64,000 nt of DNA, taken from Eukaryota sp. GEM-RC1. Its lineage: Eukaryota. Under the pieces are notes generated by a model that was given only the letters and a program-made list of their open reading frames with translations, ran no database searches and had not been told where the DNA came from. The DNA lies in assembly GCA_040285855.1 (NCBI GenBank), contig JAUFOQ010000013.1, forward strand, positions 62,001 through 126,000. The letters are read 5' to 3'. Positions 14,601-27,815 of the stretch are shown piece after piece; position 1 is the first letter of the stretch, and every line of letters begins with the position of its first letter. The position numbers and the translations under genes are program-made.

Positions 14601-16500
14601 GACGTCATCAGCAAAGAGGCTGATATGATTGGTCTAATAAACTAGAGTTAGATTGATAGTCCAGTGTATGTCGTAGAACAAGTAGCTGCGGAACGGCTTT
14701 TGATGGAATGAGAAGTGGAAGAAGAGTTGTGATTAAGAGATGAAGATTGTTTTTTCTTCATAGCTGCTGAAGACGTTGGTTGGACTGAAGAAAGATAGGA
14801 TTTGGAACTTGAAGATGACTTTCTTGAAGACAAAGATTTTGTTGAAGTTTTCGAACTAATAGGTACTTGCTTAGCCTCAGAAGGAGGTTGTCTGGGCATA
14901 AGTTAGTTCTCAGGACAAAAGCTGTAAGAAAGTATGTGGTATTGTCAATGTGGTGTGATTAAAAATGTAGAACCAATATCAATGTCAAACACCAAAAGTC
15001 AATCAAAATTGTATCACAGTCAATCAAACATCATTCACATGAATTACACTCAGACACATAACTTAAATCCAAAATATCAAAAATCAACACCATCTAGTCC
15101 AAAAGAAACAATTAAAACAGTATATCAGTACATTGGTAGATCGTTTCTACATCAACACAACACTTTTACAAACAATGACTATTACCACTGCAATACAATG
15201 TAAACTAGCAATATTGACCCTAATGGATCAACTCAAGTCTTTATATTTTTGAAACTTTTCACCTCATCTATAGTGTCAAATTGACCAAGTATAAAATGTT
15301 CACCAAAGTACATGTGAAAAATAAAAAGTCTTTGAAAGTTGATATATGTTATACCAATGGGTTGTTAACATCGTTTAGATGATGTATTTGTAATATCAGT
15401 GACATTGGTTGGTAAAGTGTATGGTCTTTAGTTATTGGTAATTTTGAAGTGTACATGAAAGTTGTAAATTTCCACTTTTAACACCTTAACTGATGATCTT
15501 GAGAAGTTATATATTGGTTTGGAATCAATTTTATCTGAGTCGAATGTTTTTCGTTTCAACTTGGTAGTACTAGTGTATGAGTATCAAAGTGACAAAATGA
15601 ATGTTATGGATATTGAACAGTTGTACTAGTACTAGTTGTCGTATCACTGTAGTAGTGTTCACAGTGAATATTAGCTGTTGAATTAAATTCTGTGGTAATA
15701 AGTGGTCATTGGTGGATTTTGTTTTGCCAGTCCTTTGATGTCACTTTGGTTTTATTAGTTTTTGATTTTATAGCAATGTATAGTGGTACTATAGTTTACA
15801 AGTGTGTAATCCAAATTAGGTTTGGTCAAGTCAAGTTGTACATGTTTGGTATATAATGAGTATTTTGGTATTAAAATATGAGTCACTTGAACACTAGTTT
15901 TGATTATTACATAGTGGTTTGGAAAGTGTTTTTGTATATTGTGGTGGATGAAAAAATTTAAAATTCAATATGTTTGATTTCTGTTTTTATTACTTTATTG
16001 TATGTAATTGTGTTGTAATTCACTACGATGGACTTAATGAATATGGTTTGTGAATTCTAATAAACAATGTGATGTTATATATGGGTATATATCACAATCA
16101 ATCAATTTTGATTGGTACCAAGTTTTAAGCCCAATATTGGTTCTACTTACTACCTTGAGTTTTGTTTAGGTGTTTAGACTTGTTTAATGGACAGAGTAGT
16201 GTGTGTATTGCTGGTTGAAGTTTCACATGATGAGTATAAAGTTGGTGTATCTGACAGTAGTGGAATTATTAATGTTTATTTAAAGTATTACTAATATTTT
16301 ACAACAATATTAGTTGAATTTGAATCTTTGCTTTTTGATTATACTAGTGATACTGTCTATGTGTTATCATTTGTTGTACACCTATAACTTAATTTTACAT
16401 TCATTTATTCAACAGTTGCAATAAGTTTTCAAAGTTTTCGACCAAACATCACATAAATCACTACCCAAAGGTACAAAATAACTACCCAATAACAAACAAA

Positions 16501-16553
16501 AGAATGCAGCACTCAGTGTTCGCTTGTGGTCTCCCACCAAACTACTAACTAAG
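16501..16553 (-). rRNA. 5S rRNA gene, 3' part (nt 68-120)
   Basis: Minus strand CTTAGTTAGTAGTTTGGTGGGAGACCACAAGCGAACACTGAGTGCTGCATTCT, running into a T4 Pol III terminator (16498-16501). Confidence 0.92.
16539..16553 (+). repeat. 15-bp target-site duplication, left copy
   Basis: AAACTACTAACTAAG, identical to 18464-18478. Confidence 0.95.
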
Positions 16554-18463
16554 TATTATCAACAATTCTTTAAATGATGCTCTTTCCTCTACTCTTCTCT
16601 GTTCTAAAATCATAGCCCTTAAGAAACCTAACGGTGGGGTTCGACCAATAGCTATTTCGGAAATTTTTTACCGGATTAGTTCACGTTATTTATTGAAATT
16701 TGTTGATGCTCCTTACTTTGAAAAATACAATCAGTTTGGAGTCAAAGTTAAATGTGGAACTGAAAAAATTGTTCACAAAATTCGACAATTGAAAAAAACT
16801 AACAGTTTTCACACTCTTATTTCTCTGGATATTCGTAATGCATTCAATACTGTGAAAAGATCACACATTTATGATTTGCTTCAATCAGAATTTCCTGATT
16901 TCATAAATTTTTTCAATTTTGGATATGGGAAGAATTCTCCTCTTATATTCAATCATTCTTTAATAAGTTCTTCATCTGGGGTTAAACAGGGTGACCCTTG
17001 TTCACCTTTCTTTTATTCTTTGGCTACACTTGGTATTCTTAAGGATTTTTCTTCTTCTCCAAACGTTGAAGTATTATCATATCTTGATGATACTTACTTG
17101 CTTTTAAAAAATGAGGAATCTGCAGAAAGTGTACTTGAGGGTCTTTCTTTTAAATTTCAAAATTTGGGTTTAGTTTTAAACTTGTCTAAAACTAAGATCC
17201 TCGATGTGGATGATGATCTGTTAGTGCTTGGATCTCCAGTGGGTTCAAAACAATTTGAAACTGAGTTTTTGAAAACTATGTTTCGACTAAAGTCCATTGT
17301 TTCCTGTCAAACATCCAGGATCTGCGTCTACAGTTTCAGTTTTTACTTTTTCGATATTGTATTAATTCTAGACTTATGTACTTTTGTAGAACTGTTCCTG
17401 CTGACAATTCCTTTCTGGCACTTAGTCAATGGTCAAAAGATTTCACTGATTTTCTTTTCACAAAAGTAGGTCCATTACCATTTCCTGAAATCGTATATTT
17501 ACCTTTCAAATTGGGTGGTCTTGGCTTACAAGACTTATCTAAAATTAATCATTTTGCGTATGCAACATCTCTTTTCATGCTGTGAAAGATTTGAACTTCT
17601 CTTCTCTTCTAACCACTAATCAATTGAATTTCCTTTTTCAACTTTAAATTCCAGTCTTGTTGATAAGGATGATTTATTTGATATGTCCCCGGTTCAAAGT
17701 TTCTTAAGTTATGAACTTTATTTAATTCAATTAAATTCTTTAAAAGAGAAATTATCAAAGACACAACTTCATGTGTTAGACTCCTTTCAAATGCGTGGGA
17801 GTTCTAAATTTATGTCAGTTCTACCTATTGCTAATGATTTTTGGTTTTCTGATGATCAATATTTGTCATTACTTAAATTACGTTTATTTTTTGAAAATGA
17901 AATGGACAAATGTGAGTTGTGCTCTTACAAATTTGTTGGTTGTGACCACAAATTTCAGTGTCGCAAAACGTCAAAACTAATTAAATTAAGACATGACGAT
18001 ATTAAATCAATTTTATCTAAAAATTTCAATTTGGAGGAGGAAAAATTATTTAAAGTTGGTTTAATTGAATTCTTTTTAGATCTTGTAATTCCGAAGCAAA
18101 ATATTGCTTTCGATGTGACTATTGTTGGTGGAAATGGCCATCATCCGATGGATTCTTTCTATTATAGCTACGCCAAAAAAATCAAAAAGTACAAGGTGTT
18201 AAAAGACTTGAAATTAATTAATGATTTAATTCCACTTGTATTTACCGTACATGGTGGAATTTTCAAAGAAACTTTTCAAACTTTGAAGAAATTTGGTTAT
18301 ACCCAGATTCTTGATGAAGTTTCTTGTAAAATTGTTAAAGGAAGTGTTCGTTGCAAGAATGCGTATTTGAATATATGTAATTATGTTAGTGAAAAAATGT
18401 ATTATTAGTTGTTTAGGTATTTCCATTAATTTTTCCATGTATTTGATACTTTTATATTAATAA
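16554..18463 (+). mobile_element. 5'-truncated CRE-like RLE non-LTR retrotransposon inserted in the 5S rRNA gene
   Basis: Frame open from 16555: IIALKKPNGGVRPIAISE, LDIRNAFN, GVKQGDPCSP, YLDD; then CINSRLMYFCRTV, PFKLGGLGL; then CELC-x8-H-x3-C, RHDDIK, FLDLV..FDVTIV, KKIKKY, PLVFTVHGG. Short 3' UTR, AATAAA at 18459, A-tail merging into the TSD. About two frameshifts. Confidence 0.93.
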
Positions 18464-18545
18464 AAACTACTAACTAAGCCTTTGGCCACTTAACTTCGGA
18501 ATTCGGAATGGGATCCGGTGCTATGGACCACGTATGGCCGCATTC
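18464..18545 (-). rRNA. 5S rRNA gene, 5' part (nt 1-82)
   Basis: Minus strand GAATGCGGCCATACGTGGTCCATAGCACCGGATCCCATTCCGAATTCCGAAGTTAAGTGGCCAAAGGCTTAGTTAGTAGTTT. The 5' GAAUGCGGC pairs with the 3' GCUGCAUUC (helix I). An ATTTAAA box lies at about -30 to -24. Confidence 0.92.
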
Positions 18546-20699
18546 ATGAGTTACATTGTGATTGTGGGTTTAAATTTGGTGAGTACTATACTATTGGTGT
18601 ACTAATACTAATACAATTGGTATGTGATTTGTAATTTTGTATTGTACAGAGTCATGTTCAGAGTAGTAGATAGATTGTACATAGTTATGTTGTATCTATT
18701 ATACAATTTTGATACGAACTTGCAATCTTTAGAAGTTGAGTCTGACCAATTATCTTGTATATGTGTGACATAGTATTACACTGTTTTATCAATATGTTTG
18801 TGTTGTATAGTTATATGTGGTATTGTCATTGTTGTGTAATTCAAAAATTTGTATAGTTTCAAGTATCAGTATTAAGATGTATGTAACACAAGTGTGGTCG
18901 AGTGATATGGTATAGTAGTTAGTACAGATGAATTATCATCAATTTTTGTGATTCTGTATATACTTATAAAACTATTGGTATAAAACCTTACAAAATATTT
19001 AACAGTATTTAAAATTTGTCACACTCAAGTAGTACTGTTCTATTCGATTAGATGTGAATATGAGTACTGATAGTGTAGTGTTGGCAAATAACCTGACGCA
19101 ACGCAACGTCTGACGTAACGCAAGTATTTTTCTCATCACGTTGCGTCACGTCGTGACGTACTTTGACTGTTTTTTTTATATAGTGTTATGCAACCATCTC
19201 TGTGATGACGTGATGAGGTTATCCTTCTGTCATTTGCTGTTATTCTTTTTCTCTATGCCAACGACAACATAATATCTGTTTATTTCTCAAACAAAATGTT
19301 GTTCATCAACAAGTGGGTTCAAGTCGACTTGAATTTCTGACACCTCACATCAAGTCGACGTGAATTTTTCAAAACTAAAACAGTAAGATAAGTGCAACTA
19401 CCAGAACTGAATCAAAGAAACATATTAGATAAAAAAGTTCAGTCCGATCGGATGTTTCGGATCGGATCGGATTTTCGATAAAAAAATCCTATTCCAAGGT
19501 CTAGTAAAAACACAGAGTTACAAGTATGACTACCACTTTTTAACTTAATTGTAGCAAACGAGGAAAATCGATGAGGTGAACATGCAACGAACGAAATCAA
19601 TCTTAATCCTGTTGTAGATGGAGCTATCAGGCACTAACATGGAAGGCGATGAGGTAGAAGAAAACAGGAGGTTCACGTCAGTCACGACAGTAGAAGACAC
19701 TAGACTAAGAGTTCTATGAGAGTCTGTGTGTAAAGGAAAAGAAAACGGCATGAAGAAGAAGTGGCGGATCGTAATCTAAAAAGAAACTTTAAAGAAGTGA
19801 TGTTCGTACTCCTCTCTTTTTAGAGGGGAGAGGGGTACTTTTAGAGGATCATTGGGTTACGCGCCACTACTCGAAATGTTGGTTATCGAAATGTTGATGT
19901 TAATGTGAAAGGAGAAGCAACAAGAGAAGCAGAAGAAACCGACGACTGATCGGAAGGTACTGATAGAGAGGAGATGTTAATCTCACAACTAACTCATGTT
20001 CATTCGAGGAGTAAATCGTGAGATGAATTTCCTTGAAGGCAGATATGTGAATCATTAAGCATTGCTCCTTCTTGATGGATCTCAGTGCCTTGTGACACTC
20101 TCTCTTTAAAACAAGCTTCAGTTGCTGATCATCTGTAACATCTTTTAATTCTCACTTCTCAGTATTTGTCTGTCTGGATGTCATGTTTCTCCTCTACTTT
20201 CTACATCTCTCAACATCATTTCTTCACTTAGAGTCTTTGTCAGGGTTCTTCTTGAACAGAGCGACTCCGCCAAACGTATTCCCAGCATGAACATTCTGCT
20301 AGTGTTGTTATCTCTCTCATAATCAAAGAGAGATCACACTGTGTCCTCAATCATTCTTTGAAATCTCTGATAACAGATGAGATCACTATGACGTCCATTT
20401 CTTTATGTTATTCATCGATGATAGTGACCTGATATGTAGATCATTTTAATATGACTGTAATTAGTCAGAAAATTGATTGTAAATTGAATGATTGTTTTTG
20501 ATCGATTCACGAGGGATCTTTTATTTGCTGAAAAGAATTCTTGTTAATTCTATTTGCTTTATAATGAAAGAGCCTTTTGTTATTAATTTTTACTCTCTGT
20601 GTTCTTTTTCTTCCATTGTTTTATCGGTCTGGTATTGAAACATTAATTAATTAATTAATTTTGAACTAATGATCATCCCTCAACTGTACAGAAAACTAA

Positions 20700-23320
20700 A
20701 TAATTGACATACAAAGCCACGCTATTTTGTTAAATTTTGTCTGGTTTTCGTGCTATTTATTCCGTTATAACACGTGTATTTTTGACCGCGTTTCTTTGAC
20801 AAATCACTCACCAATCTTAGCGCACATCATTTCAAGAAAGTGGGTAATGGCAATATATGCATTCATTCATTCAACCAAATTGCTAGTTATGTGTCCCCAA
20901 TGATTTCCCAGAACGCATACTCAGGAATTCTTTTGCTTTTAAACAATCTTATAATCTTTCCCAAAGACGTAACCAGTCTCGACACCCAAAGATTGTTATA
21001 TACCAAATTTTAAAATGTTTGGTTTCTTTCTTAGAGGAAACTAGTAGACGACAAAAGCCCTCCCTTTCTGTCTGTTATTCACTACATCTTTAACACAAAA
21101 ATTCTCTAAAACAATTTGGTGAAATGTCAAATACAGTCTATTTCCCTTACCATCGTTAAATCAGGAAAGCCAAGATTCCCACAATCCTGTCAGAATAATA
21201 CTGGTTTTGTTTGAATGGCTTTTAAGTTCTTCCATAGTGAGAGTTCTTACTTCTTAAAATTCCTTTTAATTCCTGTTGAGATACTGATCATACACTTTGG
21301 CATTGATCTCGGCTTGAGCACAAACTTTTAATTGAAATGCAAATAAGTTAGAAGCAAGAAAGCTGCTTATCCAACCCTGGATAGTGGTTGTTGTTTTGAG
21401 GTTACAGTTCTCAGAAGTCTTGTAGGTAACGTCACGGTTGGCTTCAGGATGAAGGACTTTGGAAAGTTTATTAACATCCTCTTTGTAATTACAAGCAAAC
21501 GGATTGACTAGTGATTCAGTGTTTCATACAACAAACCTACTAAAAACGTTCCAAACTTCTTTGCTCCAGCAACCAGATAGTTGCTGACCTTAATAGGTAT
21601 AGTTTAGGGGTGTTAACACCTCTAAGTCGACGATCTACATGTAAACTGAGTGAGAGAGAATATATTTTGTATGTTGGAATTACTGGTGAATTGGAAGATG
21701 ATAGCTATCTATAATATGATCTCTATGTTCAAGATTATATTTCTCTCTTCAACTTCTCTTATTTTATACATTGTATATTTTAATTTATACATTTCACCAT
21801 TAATATATGCTCCATAATACTCTAAAACATCTAATACAACTCCACTCCCAAACCCCAAAAATTAGGCGGTGGCGCTCTATTAGATTTATGATCTGTCCCC
21901 TATCAAATCAACATTTGCTACAACATTGTATCTGTCGGTTGTTATTCTTCTGACAACAACACTAAAGAATCTTCTCTGTTTGATGCCCACATTTCAACAT
22001 CCAAAAGAACAGACGTACTCTAGATTTGGTCTCAAGTATTTCGTTGAGAATACCGAGATTCAAATTTTTGGGTTCTTGTTAAAGAAGATGAGTATTGAAA
22101 TGAATAATCATCATGTCATCCAAATGATCGTTGGTCAATTTCAACCTTCTTTTGGACACCTGGAAGTCAAATGATGATCAATTCCTTTGTCTTGTAGATG
22201 CTGTTCGAGGATGACCGGTAATTCGTTGAGCTAATTGACTCAACTGTGGATAAAGCTGTTTACCAACAGAGTACCACCATTGATGGGGGACAGCCAAATC
22301 AATGACTTCAGAAGTAGTAAGTTTTATGGTAAAATTTTCCCACTGATAGTAAGAAGTTTCTCAAATTCTACAAAATTTGTAAAAAGATCAGTCACACACC
22401 TTATGAAATTAGCATTGTTGAACAAATCTAAATTTACGTTTCTTGAATATAATGCAGGATTCAACAATCACGCAGCAATCAGACAACGATTGGTAATATA
22501 GTCCATCCTTTCTTTAAACTGTTCGTCGAACGCAGTCATTCTTTCACTTAAGATATCAAGATCATACGTCATTCTTTGGCCATTATCAAACATCATTTTC
22601 TTCAGTTTATTGCGGATTAAAATGCGAAGTCTGCAAATGCCACAAATCCTGCGTTAAACTTGTCTGAAAGACGCAACAGGGACACAACTGGCGCAGACGT
22701 TTTAATAAACAGTTCCACATCATTCCAGAATCAAGAATTATCCTGTTCGAGTATAATTGAGTAAGTCTCCACTGCAGAAGTTCTTACAGCTTTTACCGTA
22801 TGATTCATTAAGTTCTGAAACTTCCAAGATTTTTCAATTGACATCAACATTTCTCTGTTATCCAAAATCCGCTTTAAAATGAGTAATAAGTAGGCAAATC
22901 GTGCCTTTGGGTAAGATCTAAGTACGGTACCAACTTCCTTCACGGACCAACCACTTGGCAGGAATTCTTTTGCTTTTAAACAATCTTATAATCTTTCCCA
23001 AAGACGTAACCAGCATCGACACTTAAAGATTGTTAGAATAATGTTTGAGAAGTAATGAAGGCGAATGGGTGATGCATTTCGAATAAAATAACAAAGGATT
23101 CAACATCTTCATGGCACTTATTGCAACAGTGTTTTCTGAAGCTTCGTCCAATGTGATCCAGTAGATTGAACTTAACTTGCGGTGGTGTTCCATCTTCTTC
23201 TTCAACATGTTCAGCCGAAAGGTGGTTCTTAACATTTGTTACTATCTTATTAACAATCTCAGAATTAACATGTAATAACTTATTGAAATCATTAATGATT
23301 AATTGTGATACTGATTTCAT
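20700..23320 (-). pseudogene. Degenerate hAT-like transposase fragments
   Basis: LRSYPKARFAYLLLILKRILDNR aligns with LRSYPVDRFCYVVLFVKNILWNR of the 41989 hAT; a ~75-bp segment is duplicated at ~20922 and ~22960. Boundaries approximate. Confidence 0.5.
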
Positions 23321-23698
23321 TCATAATGTCGAGGCAATGCACTTAAATATTGCATTACCTGAAGAGATTAGAAAAGTAGATGATCACGATAAAGGAGGTA
23401 TTCATATTCATTTAAGTAATAGATTATTTCAAACTAAAACTAAAGTAAACATTTATAATACATTTATTAATTGTGTCAAGAAAGATAAGATTTTGTTAAA
23501 ATATTTGAATAATGCAGATGTTAATGAAGTATATGATAGAATGCCATTATTTAATTCATTCAGTTGGTTATTTAGTCCAGGTATTGGAGACAGAAAACAA
23601 TATCTTCCTTTTAAAATTTATAAGGTTGTAGATGATAGAAAATTAAATTCTTCTTCTAATGAATTATTATTTGAGACAACTCAATTTCATATTGATGG

Positions 23699-24187
23699 AT
23701 GATTGTTAGAAATCATAGTGGTTGGGATGAACGGAAAAGATCTTATATTGTAAAACGTATTGGATTAGATGCTGCTAAATATGAAAAAATAAAATGTGGA
23801 ACATCCGCAAAGCATGTAGGAGTAGGAACTGATCTATATAATCATTTCACTTCACCCATAAGAAGATATGATGATATCTTAACTCATCATTTATTATTTG
23901 ATGAAAAGATTGATAATCTTGAATTATTATGTCATGAGATTAATGAACAATCGAATGCTATTAAATATGTTGAAAGAGAATATAATGAATTCTTGATTAC
24001 TAAATATTTAAAAGCAGTTAATATAAATACTTTCAAGGCATATGTTGTTGATAAGAATAAAATCTATGTTGAAGAATTTGATTTGATTAAAAAAATAAAT
24101 GTTGAATCTTTTGATATAGATTCTCAAATAAAAATAAAATGTGAAATCCTTGATTATATAAAAATAATTAGTATTGAAGAAATCTAA
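23699..24187 (+). CDS. RNase II/RNB-family C-terminal fragment
   Basis: AKY...[25 protein letters not shown] is the RNB signature, followed by a short S1-like region. The N-terminal catalytic D-motif is not seen. Confidence 0.75.
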   Translation: MIVRNHSGWDERKRSYIVKRIGLDAAKYEKIKCGTSAKHVGVGTDLYNHFTSPIRRYDDILTHHLLFDEKIDNLELLCHEINEQSNAIKYVEREYNEFLITKYLKAVNINTFKAYVVDKNKIYVEEFDLIKKINVESFDIDSQIKIKCEILDYIKIISIEEI

Positions 24188-24205
24188 TTAATAAATATTT
24201 TTTTA

Positions 24206-24722
24206 GAAAAATGATCAGAGATTAAAAAATTGAATTTTTCGAATAATAGAACCGGACCTTGCACAGACAACTATTTTACAGTAGTATTTTCTAGCTTTGT
24301 TATAAACACCCTTTTTCAAGGATTGTCTTGATTCGTTGTTCGCAACTTTGATGGATGTATTCCTTGGGGGTGATAAAACAGGTGCCTTGAGCAAGCACTT
24401 GCTAAATATGCATACAACATATTTAGATAATCTCAATTTTTTTATGTAGAAAAGTGAATCAATTTTGAAAAATTGAATTTTTCAAATAATAGAACCTGAA
24501 CCCACTACTCTAAAACATTTCGATGTTGAAGTTTATTTGTTTTTAATATATGTTGCCTTTTTGGCCTTTGATGAGATTGATATTGCCCATTTCCGAAAGG
24601 GGTGTGCAACTTACGGTCTTGTAAATATATAATTATGATGTAATGGAGGTTGCCAGCGTTACAAATTGATTATATTTACCAAACTAAATTTGTAGAAAAG
24701 TGAATACTTGATTAAAAATTGA
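24206..24722 (+). promoter_or_regulatory. Three bipartite AAAnTGA motifs, each ending in an exact AAAATTGA
   Basis: TGA pairs at 24212/24231, 24455/24474 and 24701/24720; AAAATTGA at 24226, 24469 and 24715. Confidence 0.6.
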
Positions 24723-24762
24723 TTAAAACTTTTGGGTGTACCGAATCGAATTAGATTTGGAA

Positions 24763-24860
24763 TGAAGTGGATCGAAGTGGATCAAAGCGGATGGAAGCGG
24801 ATGGAAGCGGGTCGAAGTGGATCGAAGTGGATCGGATGGAAGTGGATCGAAGTGGATTCG
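24763..24860. repeat. (GGATCGAAGT/GGATGGAAGC)n 10-mer tandem array, likely a subterminal repeat of the adjacent hAT
   Basis: About 9 imperfect units read directly. Confidence 0.8.
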
Positions 24861-25092
24861 AACAAACAGGATCTGGTTTCATCGCACCCGGATGGGTGTT
24901 TAAGCAAATCTTAATGTTTGTATTTATTAAATTTGTATTTGTTTGTTTATTATTATGATGATTAATGAATAAAACATGCAAATATCTATTTATTCGGCGT
25001 CAGCAACATACTGATTCTTGTATCGTCGGCTTTCAAGATTTCGTTTCTTTCTGTTGCTGACAAAAGTTTGGAAAACTGGTTCCGATTTCCGA

Positions 25093-26378
25093 TCAGACGG
25101 TTGCATTTGTGGGCACAATTCTGCTGATGTAATGTGCCTCCGAATCAACCATCTGTAAAAATACAACCACCGGCTTCCAGAAAGAGATGATCTGTTTCAC
25201 TTGATTCCAGAAGAACAGATTTTGAGTTTCATTCTGCAAAGCAGTGTAATCACCTCTCTGATCACGATTCTGTTTCTTCACCCAATTCTCGAATAGACGG
25301 TCAGCCAGTGTTTCAACAACGGCTTCTCGTAACTCATAGATTCGAGACAAGCTCAAAAAATGAGTATAAAATCGTGTGACAACATACTTGATCAACATTT
25401 TTGAGATTTTTCAAGGAAGAGACGTTTTACTTCAACATGGTTGTTGATAACTTTAACAATTTTGTTAGCAATACCGATTACTGTTTTAAATTCTTGGCGC
25501 TTACAAGAATCTTCGAGAAAAAGATCCAAACAATGTGCAGCACATGAAGTTGTGTAGATTTTTGGGTGTACTTCTTTAATAAGCCTCGTAGCTCTGAGAA
25601 AATTTGACCCATTATCTGTCACAATTTGAACAATTTTGTCTGCTCCGAATTCTTGAATGTGAGCCAAGAGATAACGAGCAATAACCTCTCCGCTGAGTTT
25701 CTCTTCTAAATTCTTTTGCTTCTCGAAATACATCACCATCAGCTGAAAACAAAAGCACATTGACAATAGTTTGATCGTTGACATTTTTCCACCCGTCACA
25801 GATCATTGTGCACTTTGTTGTTGAAAATCTTTGCATTATAGGAATAAGACGATCTGTAGTATCGAAAACTGTTTCGTTAAGAGTCACAGTTCTAACAGTG
25901 GTGGTACTAGGAGGTTGCCAATGCTTACCGTATTTAATGGCTGATAGAAGTAGGTCAGAAAGTTCAGAAGATTCAATGGCTCTGAATGGAATATTGAACC
26001 GCGCAAACAGCTTCATTGCGTTTTGGTTCATTTTATCATGTCCCACTGTTTGAAAATCATCCAGTTTCGTTTGTTTAAGTGGAGGTTGAGTTGTATCTGA
26101 GGTCTGTGGGACTAAAACTACAGCTGAAAGAGAATGAGGAGGGGATATCGGATTTATTCCAAAAGATCGTATAGAACTTCTAATTGCCATTGTGAGAGAG
26201 CTTTGCGGATTCTGACAAGGATCACACCCAACATTTTTAATCTCAAGAACAAAGTGACCCAAGATCCGTGACTTAATGTTCGAGGACAGTGGCGACAAGT
26301 AGCAACTAAGTTTCCATCGATCTTATGAATATCAGTGAGTTGTTCTGCAAGAGCAGTGTTTCTAAAGAAGCTCGACAT
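25093..26378 (-). mobile_element. hAT (DUF659-type) transposase, frameshifted
   Basis: BED-like CRHC, FARFNIPF, CDGWKN, VTDNGSN, CAAHCLDL, TRFYT; GTAC-rich subterminal repeats at 26493-26556. Confidence 0.88.
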
Positions 26379-27567
26379 GCAAGATGGAGGGAAGCCTATG
26401 TATTCAGTAGAGTATAGTTGATACCAAATTAATTCTCACAAGGGTTATCATCTACTAGTACATATTTGGAATCAATCATATTTATTTTTGTCGGTACACG
26501 TACTGTACGTACGTACGTACGACACGGTACGGTACGCCTAAAATCGCCTCGGTACGCAACATTTGCGTTCCATGATATCAATTAACTATTCAGATCTTTC
26601 TTCTTTAGCTCGTTCATAGACATTCAAAAATTCTTCAATGAGAAATTTTATGTATAGTTCTACTTAGGACACAACAAAAACAAGAATGTCAAAAAACAGA
26701 TTGGTGAGCTGAAAATTGGTGAGCATATTTCTTTTTCCCTTTTGACGACTTGTTTTGCGTCCAAAATCAATCACTTTTGCGCTCAATCAATCCTGAACTT
26801 ACTATTGATTCAGCCAAAAAATTTTACTCTTTGAGAACTAAGTTCTTAAGTGATCTTGTAGAGGTTAATGACTCGAAATTGCCTTATCACGCGTTTTCAG
26901 CAGCTAATTTTGGCGGTGTGGGTTTTTCACGAGCATCATACTTAACCAAAAGTGCGTTTATTGGTGGAATGAAGAATTTTCTATTTGAATTTAAATCCAG
27001 ATACGGCTTCTTGTTTAATGAAAATCTCATTCAGTCTACTCATTGGTCAGTTCCGTTAGTCTTAGTTATTGACGATTTGGATTTGGATATTTGGAATAGC
27101 TGTTTTCCTTCTCATTTACCCAGTATTCCTGAAAAATCTCCATTGTTTCTCCCTTTATGTGTAGTCAAACTTTAGAATAAGCTTTTGAAGGTATTTGAAA
27201 ACCTGGATTTTGAAAATCGTTTTAGTATTACTAAAATTAATAATCCCGTTTTTGCTGCTTTCTTAAATGATATTAAGAATTCAACTTGTTTGATCACTCA
27301 ACAACCACGTCCTTTTGGTTTGCATTTGTCTGATGAGGCTTGGAAATTAAATATGCGATTGCGTTTAGGTTTGTTTCTTGTAGAATTGCTGGACAATTCT
27401 GAGTGCATTTGTAGTCATCGTCGCAGTGCAACTTTTAGACATGTAATTAATTGCACCAAATTTCTTTAATTTCGCTCAGTTCTTCATAATGCTGTAAGAG
27501 ATGTTACATTTGAAATGTTTAAGGCTCATGGATTTCATGCCAAAGTTGAACCTTTATTCAGTAAGTT

Positions 27568-27815
27568 CTTTTGTGTATTCTTTTATTTTATTATAAATGT
27601 AATAGATCAAACAACTAAAATTTGATATCATTAAAACAACACCCGTCGCTATCAAACCTTACAACAGCTTTGTCCTCATAAAAGGAACTCACTGCTAATA
27701 CAGCTTTGGAGATGATTAGGGCAATTGTTTTAAAAACAGTAAAAACCATCCGATTCATTCATAACATATGATCAAAACATTTGTTCATCCTATTTTTTAC
27801 GATTTTTAAAAAAAA
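27568..27815 (+). mobile_element. 248-bp non-coding poly(A)-tailed retro-insertion with 10-bp TSD
   Basis: TCAGTAAGTT at 27558-27567 and 27816-27825, A8 tail at 27808-27815; removing it restores the frame EPLFSKLGLALINNFRRG. Confidence 0.85.

Noticed and set aside
14648..14899. Ser/Lys-rich 83-aa ORF
   Set aside because: Low complexity with no domain; cannot be supported as a gene.
16501..18545. 5S-derived SINE or Cassandra-like element carrying 5S sequence
   Set aside because: The two pieces are complementary halves overlapping only by the 15-bp TSD, with native upstream box and terminator, so 5S is the target and not cargo.
19075..19505. Possible MITE with ACGCA/ACGT and GGATC repeats at its ends
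   Set aside because: The terminal inverted match is too weak and no TSD was found.
24763..24860. CRISPR-like look of the 10-mer array, and ORFs 24732, 24751 and 24767
   Set aside because: No unique spacers; it is a simple tandem repeat, and the ORFs are translation artefacts of it.
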